DNA of 64,000 nucleotides from a virus (Duplodnaviria; Heunggongvirae; Uroviricota; Caudoviricetes): IMG/VR virus record IMGVR_UViG_2541047759_000001; one strand, 5' to 3'. Shown piece by piece: positions 42,393 to 53,163 of this stretch (position 1 is its first letter; each line of letters starts with the position of its first letter). The notes under the pieces were generated by a model. It saw only the letters and a program-made list of their open reading frames with translations, ran no database searches and was not told where the DNA came from. The position numbers and the translations under genes were made by a program.

Positions 42393-44456
42393 ATGACAGT
42401 AAAAATTTCTGGCGTGCTTAAAGATGGCACAGGAAAACCAGTACAGAACTGCACCATTGTGCTGAAGGCCAGACGGACCAGCAGCACGGTGGTGGTGAAC
42501 ACGGTGGCCTCTGAAAATCCGGATGAAGCCGGGCGTTACAGCATGGATGTTGAGTATGGCCAGTACAGCGTCACCCTGCTGGTTGAAGATTTTCCGCCTT
42601 CACATGCCGGGACCATTACCGTCTATGAAGGTTCCAGACCAGGTACGCTGAATGATTTTCTCGGCGCCATGACGGAAGATGATGTCATGCCGGAGGCACT
42701 GCGCCGTTTTGAGCTGATGGTGAATGAAGTGGCACGTCATGCCGGAGCATCATCACAGAGCGCAGCGGCAGCAAAGAAATCCGAAACGGCAGCGGCATCA
42801 TCGAAGAACGCGGCGAAAACCTCAGAAACGAATGCAGCTAACAGCGCACAGGCGGCAGCGGCCTCGCAGACTGCATCGGCAAACTCCGCGACAGCAGCCA
42901 AAAAATCAGAAACCAGCGCGAAAAATAGCGAGACAGCCACAAAGGCCAGCGAAAAAAACGCAAAATCCAGCCAGACGGCAGCGAAAACCAGTGAGACGAA
43001 TGCCAAAGACAGTGAAGCCAACGCAAAGGTGAGCGAAACAGCGGCGGCGAACTCGGCGAAAGCATCGGCAGCAAGCCAGACGGCAGCAAAAGCAAGTGAA
43101 GATGCTGCCAGAGAATACGCAAACCAGACAGCAGAGCCGTACAGATATGTTTTACAGCCGCTGCCGGATGTGTGGATACCCTTTAATGATTCGCTGGATA
43201 TGATTACGGGCTATTCTCCGGGTTATAAAAAAGTGAAGATTGGTGATAATGTGGTTCAGGTTGCCAGTGATAAACAGGTTAATTTCAGTCGCGCATCAAC
43301 GGCAACATATATCAACAAATCTGGCGAACTGAAAACGGCGGAAATTAATGAGCCACGATTTGAGTGTGATGGCCTGCTTATTGAGGGGCAAAGAACGAAC
43401 TTCTTCCCGAACAGTACAGACCCTTCGAAGTGGAATAAGTCAACTTCACTGGACGTTACAGAAACAGGCACAGATAGTTTCGGGTTTAATTATGGCCGGT
43501 TTGTCGTACAGGATTCGATTGTTGGTACAAGTAAAGCGCATACCATTATCGGACTGTATTCGAGTACCGGAGGGGTTGATACTTCAGGGGACGAAAAGCA
43601 TGTAACTATATCCTGTCGGGTAAAAAGTGAAGTTGATAATATCGCCGTTCGTATTTTATTTGAACATTATGATGGGGAGGTAAGGACATCAATAGGAGCA
43701 GCAAACCTGAACCTTACCACCCGCATAATTAGCAAGACAGGTCAGACAAGCCGTGTTACAGCAAGGTCTGTTAAGGATGATGCAACTGGCTGGATATTTT
43801 TTGAGGCTACATTAAAAGCAGATACAACAGAAAATACGGTTGGTGGTTTTGTCCAGTATTCTCCGGATACAGGGCAGATGGTTGCATCAGGGGATTATCT
43901 CGATGTAACCACTCCACAGATTGAGGCTGGTACAGGCGCATCATCTTTTATTGTTACGGGGACGGCACCGGTAACGCGGGCAAGCGATATGGTTACAGTT
44001 CCGATTAAGAATAATCTTTATAATCTTCCTTTTACGGTTCTTTGTGAGGTACATAAGAACTGGTATAAAACGCCAAATGCAGCACCGCGTGTTTTTGACA
44101 CATACCGGCATCAGGCAGATGCGGGGATCGTAATGGGGTTTGGTTCATCAGGTGGGTACGACGGTTTTCCGTATTGTGATATAGGTGGTTCAGACCGACG
44201 AATAAATGAAAATGCCGGGCTGGAAAAAATGCTTATTGGTATGCGGGTAAAGTCCGAACGGTCCACATGTGTAGTCAGTAACGGTAAGTTAAGCAGCGAA
44301 ACTAAAACCAAATGGGAATATATCCGGAGTACAGCAACCATTCGCATTGGTGGACAAACTACAGCAGGATTACGCCATTTATTTGGGCATGTGAGGAATT
44401 TTCGTCTCTGGCATAAAGAGCTAACAGATGCGCAGCTTGGGGAGGTTGTGGAGTGA
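42393..44456 (+). CDS. stf: Side tail fiber (Stf-like) with divergent C-terminal domain
   Basis: N-terminus MTVKISGVLKDGTGKPVQNCTIVLKARR... matches lambda Stf; central SETxA/AAxSA repeats; C-terminal ~400 aa unlike lambda. Confidence 0.8.
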   Translation: MTVKISGVLKDGTGKPVQNCTIVLKARRTSSTVVVNTVASENPDEAGRYSMDVEYGQYSVTLLVEDFPPSHAGTITVYEGSRPGTLNDFLGAMTEDDVMPEALRRFELMVNEVARHAGASSQSAAAAKKSETAAASSKNAAKTSETNAANSAQAAAASQTASANSATAAKKSETSAKNSETATKASEKNAKSSQTAAKTSETNAKDSEANAKVSETAAANSAKASAASQTAAKASEDAAREYANQTAEPYRYVLQPLPDVWIPFNDSLDMITGYSPGYKKVKIGDNVVQVASDKQVNFSRASTATYINKSGELKTAEINEPRFECDGLLIEGQRTNFFPNSTDPSKWNKSTSLDVTETGTDSFGFNYGRFVVQDSIVGTSKAHTIIGLYSSTGGVDTSGDEKHVTISCRVKSEVDNIAVRILFEHYDGEVRTSIGAANLNLTTRIISKTGQTSRVTARSVKDDATGWIFFEATLKADTTENTVGGFVQYSPDTGQMVASGDYLDVTTPQIEAGTGASSFIVTGTAPVTRASDMVTVPIKNNLYNLPFTVLCEVHKNWYKTPNAAPRVFDTYRHQADAGIVMGFGSSGGYDGFPYCDIGGSDRRINENAGLEKMLIGMRVKSERSTCVVSNGKLSSETKTKWEYIRSTATIRIGGQTTAGLRHLFGHVRNFRLWHKELTDAQLGEVVE

Positions 44457-44731
44457 GAGATTTCACGTTGCGTTTCAGTGATAAAGCAGATTTCAGGGCA
44501 TTTCTCAGGAAACTTAACTGGGAAGAGGACGAAGAGCTGCAGAATGCCGTTCTGGTTGATGAGATTGGTTTTACGTTCAGTGAGTCAGGTGTTTCTGCTG
44601 ACGGGGAGCCTGAATACACGCGAGACGAAGGGTACTTTGTTAATATTCGTCTTCTTGACGATGGCTTTGATGAATCCGTGTTCCGTGAGTGGGTGGTTAC
44701 ACCAGAGCGCCCGCTAAGGGAGTGGTTTTAA
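44453..44731 (+). CDS. Hypothetical protein downstream of stf
   Basis: 92-aa acidic ORF overlapping the stf stop. Confidence 0.4.
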   Translation: MRDFTLRFSDKADFRAFLRKLNWEEDEELQNAVLVDEIGFTFSESGVSADGEPEYTRDEGYFVNIRLLDDGFDESVFREWVVTPERPLREWF

Positions 44732-44740
44732 GGGGAGCAG

Positions 44741-45034
44741 ATGGATATCACGTCGATACTTCATGCGCTTTGTGCCGTGGCGGTGCAGGTACTGGCTGGT
44801 CTTTTTACCGGAAACTGGGCTTACGGGGCGATAGCCGGTTGTACGTTCTTCATTGCGCGTGAACACACCCAGGCAGAATATCGCTGGATTGAAATGTTCG
44901 GGCATGGCAAGCGGATTAACATGCCGTGGTGGGGCGGTTTTGATCCACGTGCATGGGATGTGGCAAGCCTGATGGATTTTGCTGTGCCGGTGGTGGCGTG
45001 TCTGCTGGTCTGGCTGTTGGTTAATCGTGGGTGA
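44741..45034 (+). CDS. Small membrane protein
   Basis: 97 aa, hydrophobic segments. Confidence 0.4.
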   Translation: MDITSILHALCAVAVQVLAGLFTGNWAYGAIAGCTFFIAREHTQAEYRWIEMFGHGKRINMPWWGGFDPRAWDVASLMDFAVPVVACLLVWLLVNRG

Positions 45035-45095
45035 AAAAGGTGAGCAGTATATGCAACGAAGGAGGAAACATCATTGCTGGCGGCATGGAAGGCAT

Positions 45096-45171
45096 GCAGG
45101 GTGTTGCTGAACCGTGTTGATACATCAACTGCACCTGATATTGAGTGGCCTACGAACCCTGTCAGGGAGTA
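45096..45171 (+). pseudogene. tfa: Tail fiber assembly (tfa) 3' fragment
   Basis: Encodes ...[32 protein letters not shown], the conserved Tfa C-terminus, with no upstream body. Confidence 0.6.
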
Positions 45172-45226
45172 ATCATTGGGATTATGCCGCAGCACGTCTT
45201 AAGCAAGAACGTGCTGCGGTTGGATG

Positions 45227-45895
45227 CTATTTTTTCCCTGAAGCGGAAAACATTACTACAGTACCTTGAACCTTGGTTTTAACATTCTCGAAATGCTCTG
45301 AGAGTATATGTGTTAAGCCTTCTTCGGAATCTTTTGTGTTTGAAAAGATGCCTTTCTGATTGTAAATGCGCATCAGTTTTTGACCGAAGCTATTGTGCAC
45401 AACTCCATCGCCAAGAATTGTGGCTCCGTATAGAGTTCCATCGTCAGTTAAGGCCTGCGCCGCATTGCGTATTACACAGCTTTTTGTAGATATATTTCCA
45501 GGCAGGCAGTGAAGAAGGTAAAACATGGAAATGGAATCAAATTGACCATGTAACGCCGCGGGATAAGGTTCAAAAACATCATGGCTAATTTTATGTTTAA
45601 TTTTTGATTCCCCTGCCCTTGTAGATGCCGCGTTCAGGCTAGCTTCGTTCAAATCCATTAAAGATATCAGACTACTCTCAGGTACGTGAGTAAGGTAAAA
45701 CCCAGTTCCAACACCAATATCCAGATGGTTGTTACCTAAATGTTCCAGAAAGTGTGGAAGAAGGTGTTCCTTTGTAGGACATCCCCATGCAAGCCGATTT
45801 GATACTCCCAAAACCCACCAGTCATAAAGCTTTAGGGTAAGTGGTGTGTAAATTTTAGCCCCATCATCTGTGTTTTTTTTCATTAATTTCACCAT
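45227..45895 (-). CDS. Class I SAM-dependent methyltransferase
   Basis: HLDIGVGTGFYLTHV glycine-rich SAM-binding motif; 222 aa. Confidence 0.7.
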   Translation of the reverse strand: MVKLMKKNTDDGAKIYTPLTLKLYDWWVLGVSNRLAWGCPTKEHLLPHFLEHLGNNHLDIGVGTGFYLTHVPESSLISLMDLNEASLNAASTRAGESKIKHKISHDVFEPYPAALHGQFDSISMFYLLHCLPGNISTKSCVIRNAAQALTDDGTLYGATILGDGVVHNSFGQKLMRIYNQKGIFSNTKDSEEGLTHILSEHFENVKTKVQGTVVMFSASGKK

Positions 45896-45951
45896 GTTAT
45901 AGTTTTATTTATGAATTAAATCAATTATGGCGATGAATTACAAGGGGTTAA

Positions 45952-46218
45952 ATGCTGCCGCAGCATAGCGATATTGAAATAGCCTGGTATGCTTCGATAC
46001 AGCAGGAGCCGAATGGCTGGAAGACCGTCACCACACAGTTCTACATCCAGGAATTCAGTGAGTATATTGCGCCACTGCAGGATGCTGTAGATCTGGAAAT
46101 CGCAACGGAGGAAGAAAGATCGTTGCTGGAGGCATGGAATAAATATCGGGTATTGTTGAATCGTGTTGATACATCAACTGCACCTGATATTGAGTGGCCG
46201 ACTTCACCTGCAGAGTAA
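45952..46218 (+). pseudogene. tfa: Tail fiber assembly (tfa) C-terminal fragment
   Basis: ...[47 protein letters not shown], Tfa C-terminal third only. Confidence 0.65.
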
Positions 46219-46449
46219 TCAACGGCGCAGGGATGATATTTTGTGCTTGAAGTGCCTCCCCGACCATTCAGATAGTCGGGGAGGGGTATTGGGATTATAC
46301 GCAATCAGTTTTAGTTAAAGACCGAAGCTCTCGAAAAATCTTTCTCCAAAACCAGAATGGAATTGATTGATTTTGATAGGATCTATAACGTCGTTACCTT
46401 AAACGGCAAAACCACTCAAAAACAAACTTAATGCATTGAATATAAAGGA

Positions 46450-47313
46450 TTAATCATCTAATTCGCTCACCTTCTTATTCAGCAGACGAGAAGCGCGCCA
46501 GTAAACCAGCAACATCAGGCCCATTACGATAGTCAGCGTAATGCTGGTGGCTGCACCAAACGGCCAGTCACGAATATTGAGGAACTGTACCTTGATGACG
46601 TTACCGATCAGCAGGTTTTTCGCACCGCCCATCAGGTCGGACACATAGAACAGGCCCATCGCTGGCAGCATCACCAGCAGACATCCGGCAATAATTCCCG
46701 GCATCGTTAGTGGGATAATGATGCGGATAAAGGTCTGCAACTTGCTGGCACCGAGATCGCGCGCCGCCTCAAGCAACGGCTTATCCAGTTTTTCGATACT
46801 GGAGTACAGCGGCATCACCATAAACGGCAGCAGAATGTAAACCAGACCGATAATCACCGCACTAGGCGTGAACATGATGCGAATTGGTGTATCGATAACG
46901 CCCAGCCAGAGCAAAAACTCGTTGAGATAGCCTTTGGTGCTGAGGAAAATTTTCAGCCCGTAAATACGAATCAATGAGTTGGTCCAGAACGGAACAATCA
47001 GCAGAAACAGCAGCAGCGGACGCACCTTGTGTGGCAGCTTCGCCAGAAACCAGGCAAAAGGATAGCCCAGCACCAGGCTGGCGAGGGTGGCGATCAGCGC
47101 CATATTCAGCGAGTGCAATAGCACTTCAAAATAGAGCGGATCGAGCAGACGCGTGTAGTTATCCAGCGTAAAGACCATTTTGACGAAACTGGCGTCGTCG
47201 CGGGTCAAAAAGCTGGTGCCAATGATCATCAGGTTGGGCAGAAAGACAAACAACACAAGCCAACCGACAATAGTGACAATCACTACATTCTGGAACTTAC
47301 TTGTGTTCTTCAT
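46450..47313 (-). CDS. potB: Spermidine/putrescine ABC transporter permease PotB
   Basis: Sequence recognised as E. coli PotB; annotated start may be slightly downstream. Confidence 0.95.
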
Positions 47314-48433
47314 CAGCCAGTACGACCTCCCAGCTTTCTACCCAATTAATGGCCATTTTTTGGTCGAGAGAGTGGTCAAAGTCAGGATCGTCTTCATTGA
47401 AGAATTCGCTGACCATCACCATCTTGCCATTTTCCAGCTCAACAACCGACTCCAGCGTCATGCCTTTGTAGTTACGCTCGCGAACGTAACCAATCAGCCC
47501 TTCGGCGTGGTTGTCGTCGTTAATCTCTTCAACACGTAAGTCTTCCGGGCGCAGCAGAACATGCAGTTTTTGCCCCGGTTCAACGGCGAAGTTAACGTAG
47601 ATATTACATTCGCGGCCTTCAACGTTGGCGCGTACGCGCTGCTCGTCGAGACGTTCGATGACAGTGGCGTTAAACATATTGATTTCGCCAATAAACCCGG
47701 CAACAAACAGGTTTTTCGGCTCTTCGTAGATTTCACGCGGCGTGCCGTCTTGCTCAATGCGACCATCGCGCATCACCACGATCCTGTCCGACATAGTAAG
47801 TGCTTCTTCCTGGTCGTGAGTTACGAACACGAATGTAATGCCAAGCTTACGCTGTAACGCTTTCAGCTCGTTCTGCATTTGCTTGCGCAGTTTGTAATCC
47901 AGCGCTGAGAGCGACTCATCCAGCAACAACAGACGAGGCTTGTTAACCACCGCGCGGGCAATGGCGACGCGTTGCTGTTGACCACCAGAGAGCTGATGCG
48001 GTTTGCGTTGAGCGAAGGTTTCCAGCTGCACCATCCGCAGGGCTTCCATCACGCGGGGCGTAATTTCAGCAGCGGGGGTTTTTTGCATGCGCAACCCAAA
48101 GGCCACATTTTCGAACACGGTCATGTGGGGGAAAAGTGCGTAGCTTTGGAAAACAGTGTTCACGTAGCGGTTTTCCGCCGGAACGTGGGTGATGTCCTCG
48201 TTATCCAACATGATGCGTCCGGAATCAACAGTTTCCAGACCTGCAATCAGGCGAAGAACGGTTGTTTTACCGCAGCCAGAAGGGCCAAGCAGCGTGAGGA
48301 ACTCGCCATTGTTGATAGTCAGATCCAGCTGGGGAATGACCTCTTTACCATCAAAGCATTTGCGAATTCCCGCCAATTGCACCAGCGGTGAAAGCGAACT
48401 CGGTTGTTTATTCAATTTTTTACTCTGTCCCAT
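47297..48433 (-). CDS. potA: Spermidine/putrescine ABC transporter ATPase PotA
   Basis: 378 aa, Walker [13 protein letters not shown] signature LSGGQQQR. Confidence 0.95.
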
Positions 48434-48682
48434 GTAAACGCAACGGATGGCTTACCGATGCGGGGTTTGTGGTTAACCACCTTGGTGACTCTTAATGAGG
48501 GCGGTAATTCTACGGCAAACCGCTTGAATCGCCAATCTTTGTTGTGAATTACTGGCTTAGCTTTATATTCATTAAGGTAATGCTGATAAATATTCCCGCT
48601 TGCAGGGGTAAAAGTGACCTGACGCAATATTTGTCTTTTGTTGCTTCTTAATAATGTTGTCACAAAAAGTGAGGGTGACTAC

Positions 48683-49909
48683 ATGGATAAACTACTTGAG
48701 CGATTTTTGAACTACGTGTCTCTGGATACCCAATCAAAAGCAGGGGTGAGACAGGTTCCCAGCACGGAAGGCCAATGGAAGTTATTGCATCTGCTGAAAG
48801 AGCAGCTCGAAGAGATGGGGCTTATCAATGTGACCTTAAGTGAGAAGGGAACTTTGATGGCGACGTTACCGGCTAACGTCCCTGGCGATATCCCGGCGAT
48901 TGGCTTTATTTCTCATGTGGATACCTCACCGGATTGCAGCGGCAAAAATGTGAATCCGCAAATTGTTGAAAACTATCGCGGTGGCGATATTGCGCTGGGT
49001 ATCGGCGATGAAGTTTTATCACCGGTTATGTTCCCGGTGCTGCATCAGCTACTGGGTCAGACGCTGATTACCACCGATGGTAAAACCTTGTTAGGTGCCG
49101 ATGACAAAGCAGGTATTGCAGAAATCATGACCGCGCTGGCGGTATTGCAACAAAAAAACATTCCGCATGGTGATATTCGCGTCGCCTTTACCCCGGATGA
49201 AGAAGTGGGCAAAGGGGCGAAGCATTTTGATGTTGACGCCTTCGATGCCCGCTGGGCTTACACCGTTGATGGTGGTGGCGTCGGCGAACTGGAGTTTGAA
49301 AACTTCAACGCCGCGTCGGTCAATATCAAAATTGTCGGTAACAATGTTCACCCGGGCACGGCGAAAGGAGTAATGGTAAATGCGCTGTCGCTGGCGGCAC
49401 GTATTCATGCGGAAGTTCCGGCGGATGAAAGCCCGGAAATGACAGAAGGCTATGAAGGTTTCTATCACCTGGCGAGCATGAAAGGCACTGTTGAACGGGC
49501 CGATATGCACTACATCATCCGTGATTTCGACCGTAAACAGTTTGAAGCGCGTAAACGTAAAATGATGGAGATCGCTAAAAAAGTGGGCAAAGGGTTACAT
49601 CCTGATTGCTACATTGAACTGGTGATTGAAGACAGTTACTACAATATGCGCGAGAAAGTGGTTGAGCATCCGCATATTCTCGATATCGCCCAGCAGGCGA
49701 TGCGTGACTGCGATATTGAACCGGAACTGAAACCGATCCGCGGCGGTACCGACGGCGCGCAGTTGTCGTTTATGGGATTACCGTGCCCGAACCTGTTCAC
49801 TGGCGGTTACAACTATCATGGTAAGCATGAGTTTGTGACTCTGGAAGGTATGGAAAAAGCGGTGCAGGTGATCGTCCGTATTGCCGAGTTGACGGCGCAA
49901 CGGAAGTAA
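48683..49909 (+). CDS. pepT: Peptidase T (tripeptide aminopeptidase)
   Basis: [19 protein letters not shown]... recognised as E. coli PepT. Confidence 0.95.
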   Translation: MDKLLERFLNYVSLDTQSKAGVRQVPSTEGQWKLLHLLKEQLEEMGLINVTLSEKGTLMATLPANVPGDIPAIGFISHVDTSPDCSGKNVNPQIVENYRGGDIALGIGDEVLSPVMFPVLHQLLGQTLITTDGKTLLGADDKAGIAEIMTALAVLQQKNIPHGDIRVAFTPDEEVGKGAKHFDVDAFDARWAYTVDGGGVGELEFENFNAASVNIKIVGNNVHPGTAKGVMVNALSLAARIHAEVPADESPEMTEGYEGFYHLASMKGTVERADMHYIIRDFDRKQFEARKRKMMEIAKKVGKGLHPDCYIELVIEDSYYNMREKVVEHPHILDIAQQAMRDCDIEPELKPIRGGTDGAQLSFMGLPCPNLFTGGYNYHGKHEFVTLEGMEKAVQVIVRIAELTAQRK

Positions 49910-49957
49910 GCAAAAAGGGATGCGGCATGTGATGCCGCATCCGGCTTAAATCCAAAC

Positions 49958-51079
49958 TTACCCTTCGAAGAACCAGTATCCGCTATTGACCAGCGCCGCG
50001 AGCATCGCGAGGAATGACGGATCTTCCAGCGCATCGCCAAAATTCTCCGCGGTCAGCGCAATGTTGCTGGCGAGTGCATCCAGTGCCGGACGGTGCGGGG
50101 AATCGATTTTCTCACCATTGGCATACACGTCGTCGCCAATGCGCAATACGCGCAGACCCCCCAGGCGCACCAGCACATCACCTTGTTTCAGCGCATCGTA
50201 GATTTCATCCGGCTGATAAGGCGGCTCTGGCGGCGCGATATCCAGTTCATGACGTGACTGGGATATAAACTCGCCAAACCATTGCTTAAAGTGTTCCGGC
50301 TGGTTGATCAATTCGAGCATCATCTCACGCAGTTTATCCATCTCTTGCGGCAGAACGTCCGCAGGATGAGCGCGAGGTGGAACATCAGGATCGCTGTAGT
50401 AGTTGCCGCCCAGTTCACGTTGCAGCACATAATCGGCAAATCCGCTAATCAGTTCCCGCGTATTCGGCGCGCGAAAACCCACGGAATAGTTCATCGCATT
50501 TTCCAGCGCGTAGCCTTCATGCGGGAATCCTGGCGGAATATAAAGAATATCGCCAGGCTCCAGCTCTTCATCGATGATGGCTTCGAACGGATCGACCTGT
50601 AACAGATCCGGGTGCGGGCAGTGCTGTTTCATTTGCAGCTTTTCACCCACTCGCCAGCGACGACGACCGGTACCCTGAATGATAAACACGTCGTACTGAT
50701 CGAGATGCGGGCCGACGCCGCCGCCCGGTACAGAAAAAGAGATCATCAGATCATCAATACGCCAGTCCGGTAGTTCACGGAACGGTCGCATTAGCGCAGC
50801 GGTCGGCTCATGCCAGTGGTTCACTGCTTGCACTAACAATGACCAGTTAGTTTCTCCGAGATGATCGTAGCTTTCGAATGGACCGTGGCTGACCTGCCAT
50901 TTGCCATCCTGATGACTGACCAGTCGACTGTCGACTTCGCTTTCCATCGCCAGACCCGCCAACTCGTCTGGAGAGATTGGGTCAATAAAATTATTAAAGC
51001 CGCGTTTTAACACCACCGGGCGTTTCTGCCAGTGACGTTCAAGAAAATCGGGCCAGTTAAGAGTGAGTTGGTATTCCAT
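49958..51079 (-). CDS. roxA: Ribosomal protein-arginine oxygenase RoxA (YcfD), cupin/JmjC
   Basis: MEYQLTLNWPDFLERHWQKRPVVLKRGF... recognised as YcfD. Confidence 0.9.
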   Translation of the reverse strand: MEYQLTLNWPDFLERHWQKRPVVLKRGFNNFIDPISPDELAGLAMESEVDSRLVSHQDGKWQVSHGPFESYDHLGETNWSLLVQAVNHWHEPTAALMRPFRELPDWRIDDLMISFSVPGGGVGPHLDQYDVFIIQGTGRRRWRVGEKLQMKQHCPHPDLLQVDPFEAIIDEELEPGDILYIPPGFPHEGYALENAMNYSVGFRAPNTRELISGFADYVLQRELGGNYYSDPDVPPRAHPADVLPQEMDKLREMMLELINQPEHFKQWFGEFISQSRHELDIAPPEPPYQPDEIYDALKQGDVLVRLGGLRVLRIGDDVYANGEKIDSPHRPALDALASNIALTAENFGDALEDPSFLAMLAALVNSGYWFFEG

Positions 51080-51271
51080 GTTAAGCATCCACAGGCTGGT
51101 ATCTGCAACCGATTATAACGGATGCTTAACGTAATGCGTGAAGTATGGACATATTTTATCAATTAGTGTTTTTTGCCGTTTCATAATGTTTCAGGTTGTT
51201 CATTATGTTTTTGATTATAAACAGATTTGTGATTTTCCTTGTTCCAGCTTGTTTCACGTTGTAGCCCTTTG

Positions 51272-51306
51272 TGCAACGATCGGTGTAGTTAATGGTGTAG
51301 TTAATT
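51272..51306. repeat. Island attL direct repeat
   Basis: tgcaacgatcggtgtagttaatggtgtagttaatt, repeated at 62424-62458 with one mismatch. Confidence 0.75.
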
Positions 51307-51327
51307 GTGATGACCGGAATCAAAATT

Positions 51328-52557
51328 ATGAGCAGAGCACTTAACAAACTGAGCGATACACAGCTGAGGAAAATCAACGGCACACCCGCCCAAAAAACAG
51401 CCTTTCTTAATGACGGTGGAAACCTGAGCGTCAGGCATTCAACCAGTGGCCTTTTAACCTGGTATTTCACTTACAGGGCCGGAACGGGAAGGGGGGCACC
51501 ACCGGAACGCATTAAGCTGGGAAATTATCCTGATCTGAGCCTGAAATCAGCCAGGGAAAAAGCCGCCCAGTGTCGCGCATGGCTGGCAGAGGGGAAAAAT
51601 CCACGTCATGAAATGAATTACACCGTACAGGAAGCGTTAAAGCCGGTAACGGTTGGCGATGCGCTCACCTACTGGCTTGAGTCGTACGCAAAGGAAAACC
51701 GCGTGGATTATGCCGCCCTGAAAAAGCGCCTTAATAATCACGTAATACAGCACATTGGTGCTATGCCGCTGGATAAATGCGAGCTACGGCACTGGCTGGC
51801 CTGTTTTGACCAGGTGGCAAAGCGAACGCCTGTTACTGCCGGATTCTTGCTACAGACGTGCAAACAGGCGCTTAAGTTCTGCCGGAGGCGGCGCTATGCA
51901 ATCAGCAACGTTCTTGATGATATGAGTGTGGCGGACGTTGGGAAAAAACCGGATATAAGCGAGCGCGTCTTAAGCACCAAAGAACTTGGCGAATTATTGC
52001 AGGCACTGGACAAAAAAATATTTTCCCCTTACTACGTCGCACTAATCCGCCTCCTGATTGTTTTCGGATGCCGGACGGTAGAACTGAGGTTATCGGAGAT
52101 CAGCGAGTGGGATTTTACCGAAATGCTCTGGACCGTGCCGAAAGAACACAGCAAAACGAAGGTGGCAATATTCCGGCCCATACCGGAAGCAATACTGCCG
52201 TTCGTCACGCAGCTGGTGGAGCAGAACAGGCACACGGGCTTATTGCTGGGGGAAGTGAAACAGGAAACAAGCGTGTCGCAGTACGGCAGATTAGCGCACA
52301 GGAGGCTAAAACACCCTCACTGGTCACTGCATGACATCCGGCGCACCTTTACAACGATGCTGAACGATTTAGGCGTGGATCCTCACGTCGTGGAGCAGCT
52401 TACAGGTCATCAGATGCCAGGGATGCAACGAGTCTATAACCATTCCCGTTATCTGGATGCGAAACGTGACGCGCTGGATATGTGGACGGAGCGGTTAGGG
52501 ATACTGGCGGGAACACATGAAAACGTAACCACATTGCCAATAGCCAGAGAAATATAA
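51328..52557 (+). CDS. int: Tyrosine integrase, P4-like (alternative starts 51307/51310)
   Basis: N-terminal DUF4102-like ...GNLSVRHSTSGLLTWYFTYR...; C-terminal HWSLHDIRRTF..MLNDLGVDPHVVEQLTGH...VYNHSRY catalytic region. Confidence 0.85.
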   Translation: MSRALNKLSDTQLRKINGTPAQKTAFLNDGGNLSVRHSTSGLLTWYFTYRAGTGRGAPPERIKLGNYPDLSLKSAREKAAQCRAWLAEGKNPRHEMNYTVQEALKPVTVGDALTYWLESYAKENRVDYAALKKRLNNHVIQHIGAMPLDKCELRHWLACFDQVAKRTPVTAGFLLQTCKQALKFCRRRRYAISNVLDDMSVADVGKKPDISERVLSTKELGELLQALDKKIFSPYYVALIRLLIVFGCRTVELRLSEISEWDFTEMLWTVPKEHSKTKVAIFRPIPEAILPFVTQLVEQNRHTGLLLGEVKQETSVSQYGRLAHRRLKHPHWSLHDIRRTFTTMLNDLGVDPHVVEQLTGHQMPGMQRVYNHSRYLDAKRDALDMWTERLGILAGTHENVTTLPIAREI

Positions 52558-52579
52558 TTTTTTTTGCGATTTTTCAGGA

Positions 52580-52640
52580 TGCGGACAACGTGAAACAACG
52601 AGACACAACGACGAACAACAAGGAACAAAATGGAACAACG
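52580..52640. repeat. Array of ACAACG direct repeats between int and alpA
   Basis: gacaacgtgaaacaacgagacacaacgacgaacaacaaggaacaaaatggaacaacg. Confidence 0.45.
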
Positions 52641-52922
52641 GGTTAAAAATCAGCCATCGTAATAACCATTTGATTTTTATAGGTGTACTGTTTTTTTATA
52701 CACTGGCGAATCACTCTTAAAAATATGTAAAAAAGGCGTAAAAGTAAAATTTTATGCCTTTGCATCATAATGAATTAAAAGAGTTTTTATTCTCATTTCC
52801 CCTGCTTCTGTAAAACGACCGCCGCCAGTGTTTGCCATTCCACAAACACCCTGACACAATCCGACACAACCCAACCCAATAATCCACCCAATGACTCTTT
52901 AAGAAACAACAAAGGGGGAATT

Positions 52923-53111
52923 GTGTTAAGCACAGATCGCTTTATACGTGAAAAAGAATGTCAGCAACTTACAGGCCTGAGCCGCTCATGTCGGTACCGC
53001 CTGGAAAAAGCCGGACAATTCCCATCACGGCGTAAGCTGGGCGGTCGTTTCGTTGGCTGGTCTTTATCCGAAGTTCTGGCATGGAAGGACAGCTGCGAGG
53101 CAGTTCACTAA
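52923..53111 (+). CDS. alpA: AlpA-family transcriptional regulator
   Basis: 62 aa, ...LTGLSRSCRYRLEKAGQFPSRRKLGGRFVGWSLSEVLAW...; GTG start with GGGGGAA RBS. Confidence 0.8.
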   Translation: MLSTDRFIREKECQQLTGLSRSCRYRLEKAGQFPSRRKLGGRFVGWSLSEVLAWKDSCEAVH

Positions 53112-53163
53112 TCAGGCTGGCGGCACACAGCCGCCACCCATCCACTAATACAGAGATCTAACC

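Larger units (their letters stand above)
1..46449. mobile_element. Lambdoid prophage (Stx-phage-like gene order, stx-negative); left end runs off the window, right end abuts potB
   Basis: Contiguous int-xis-exo, cI/cro, replication, nin/rusA, Q, tRNAs, lysis, cos, head and tail modules in canonical lambdoid order; host potB begins at 46450. Confidence 0.9.

Noticed and set aside
42724-43122. Arg/Gln/Pro-rich ORFs (plus and minus) inside stf
   Set aside because: Alternate-frame readings of the Ala/Ser-rich stf repeat region.
46450-47313. Possible disruption of potB by prophage integration
   Set aside because: The ORF reads through to a normal-looking C-terminus and a potC-like ATGATT overlap, so potB appears intact; the insertion affects potC. 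Precise potB length could not be verified without a reference.
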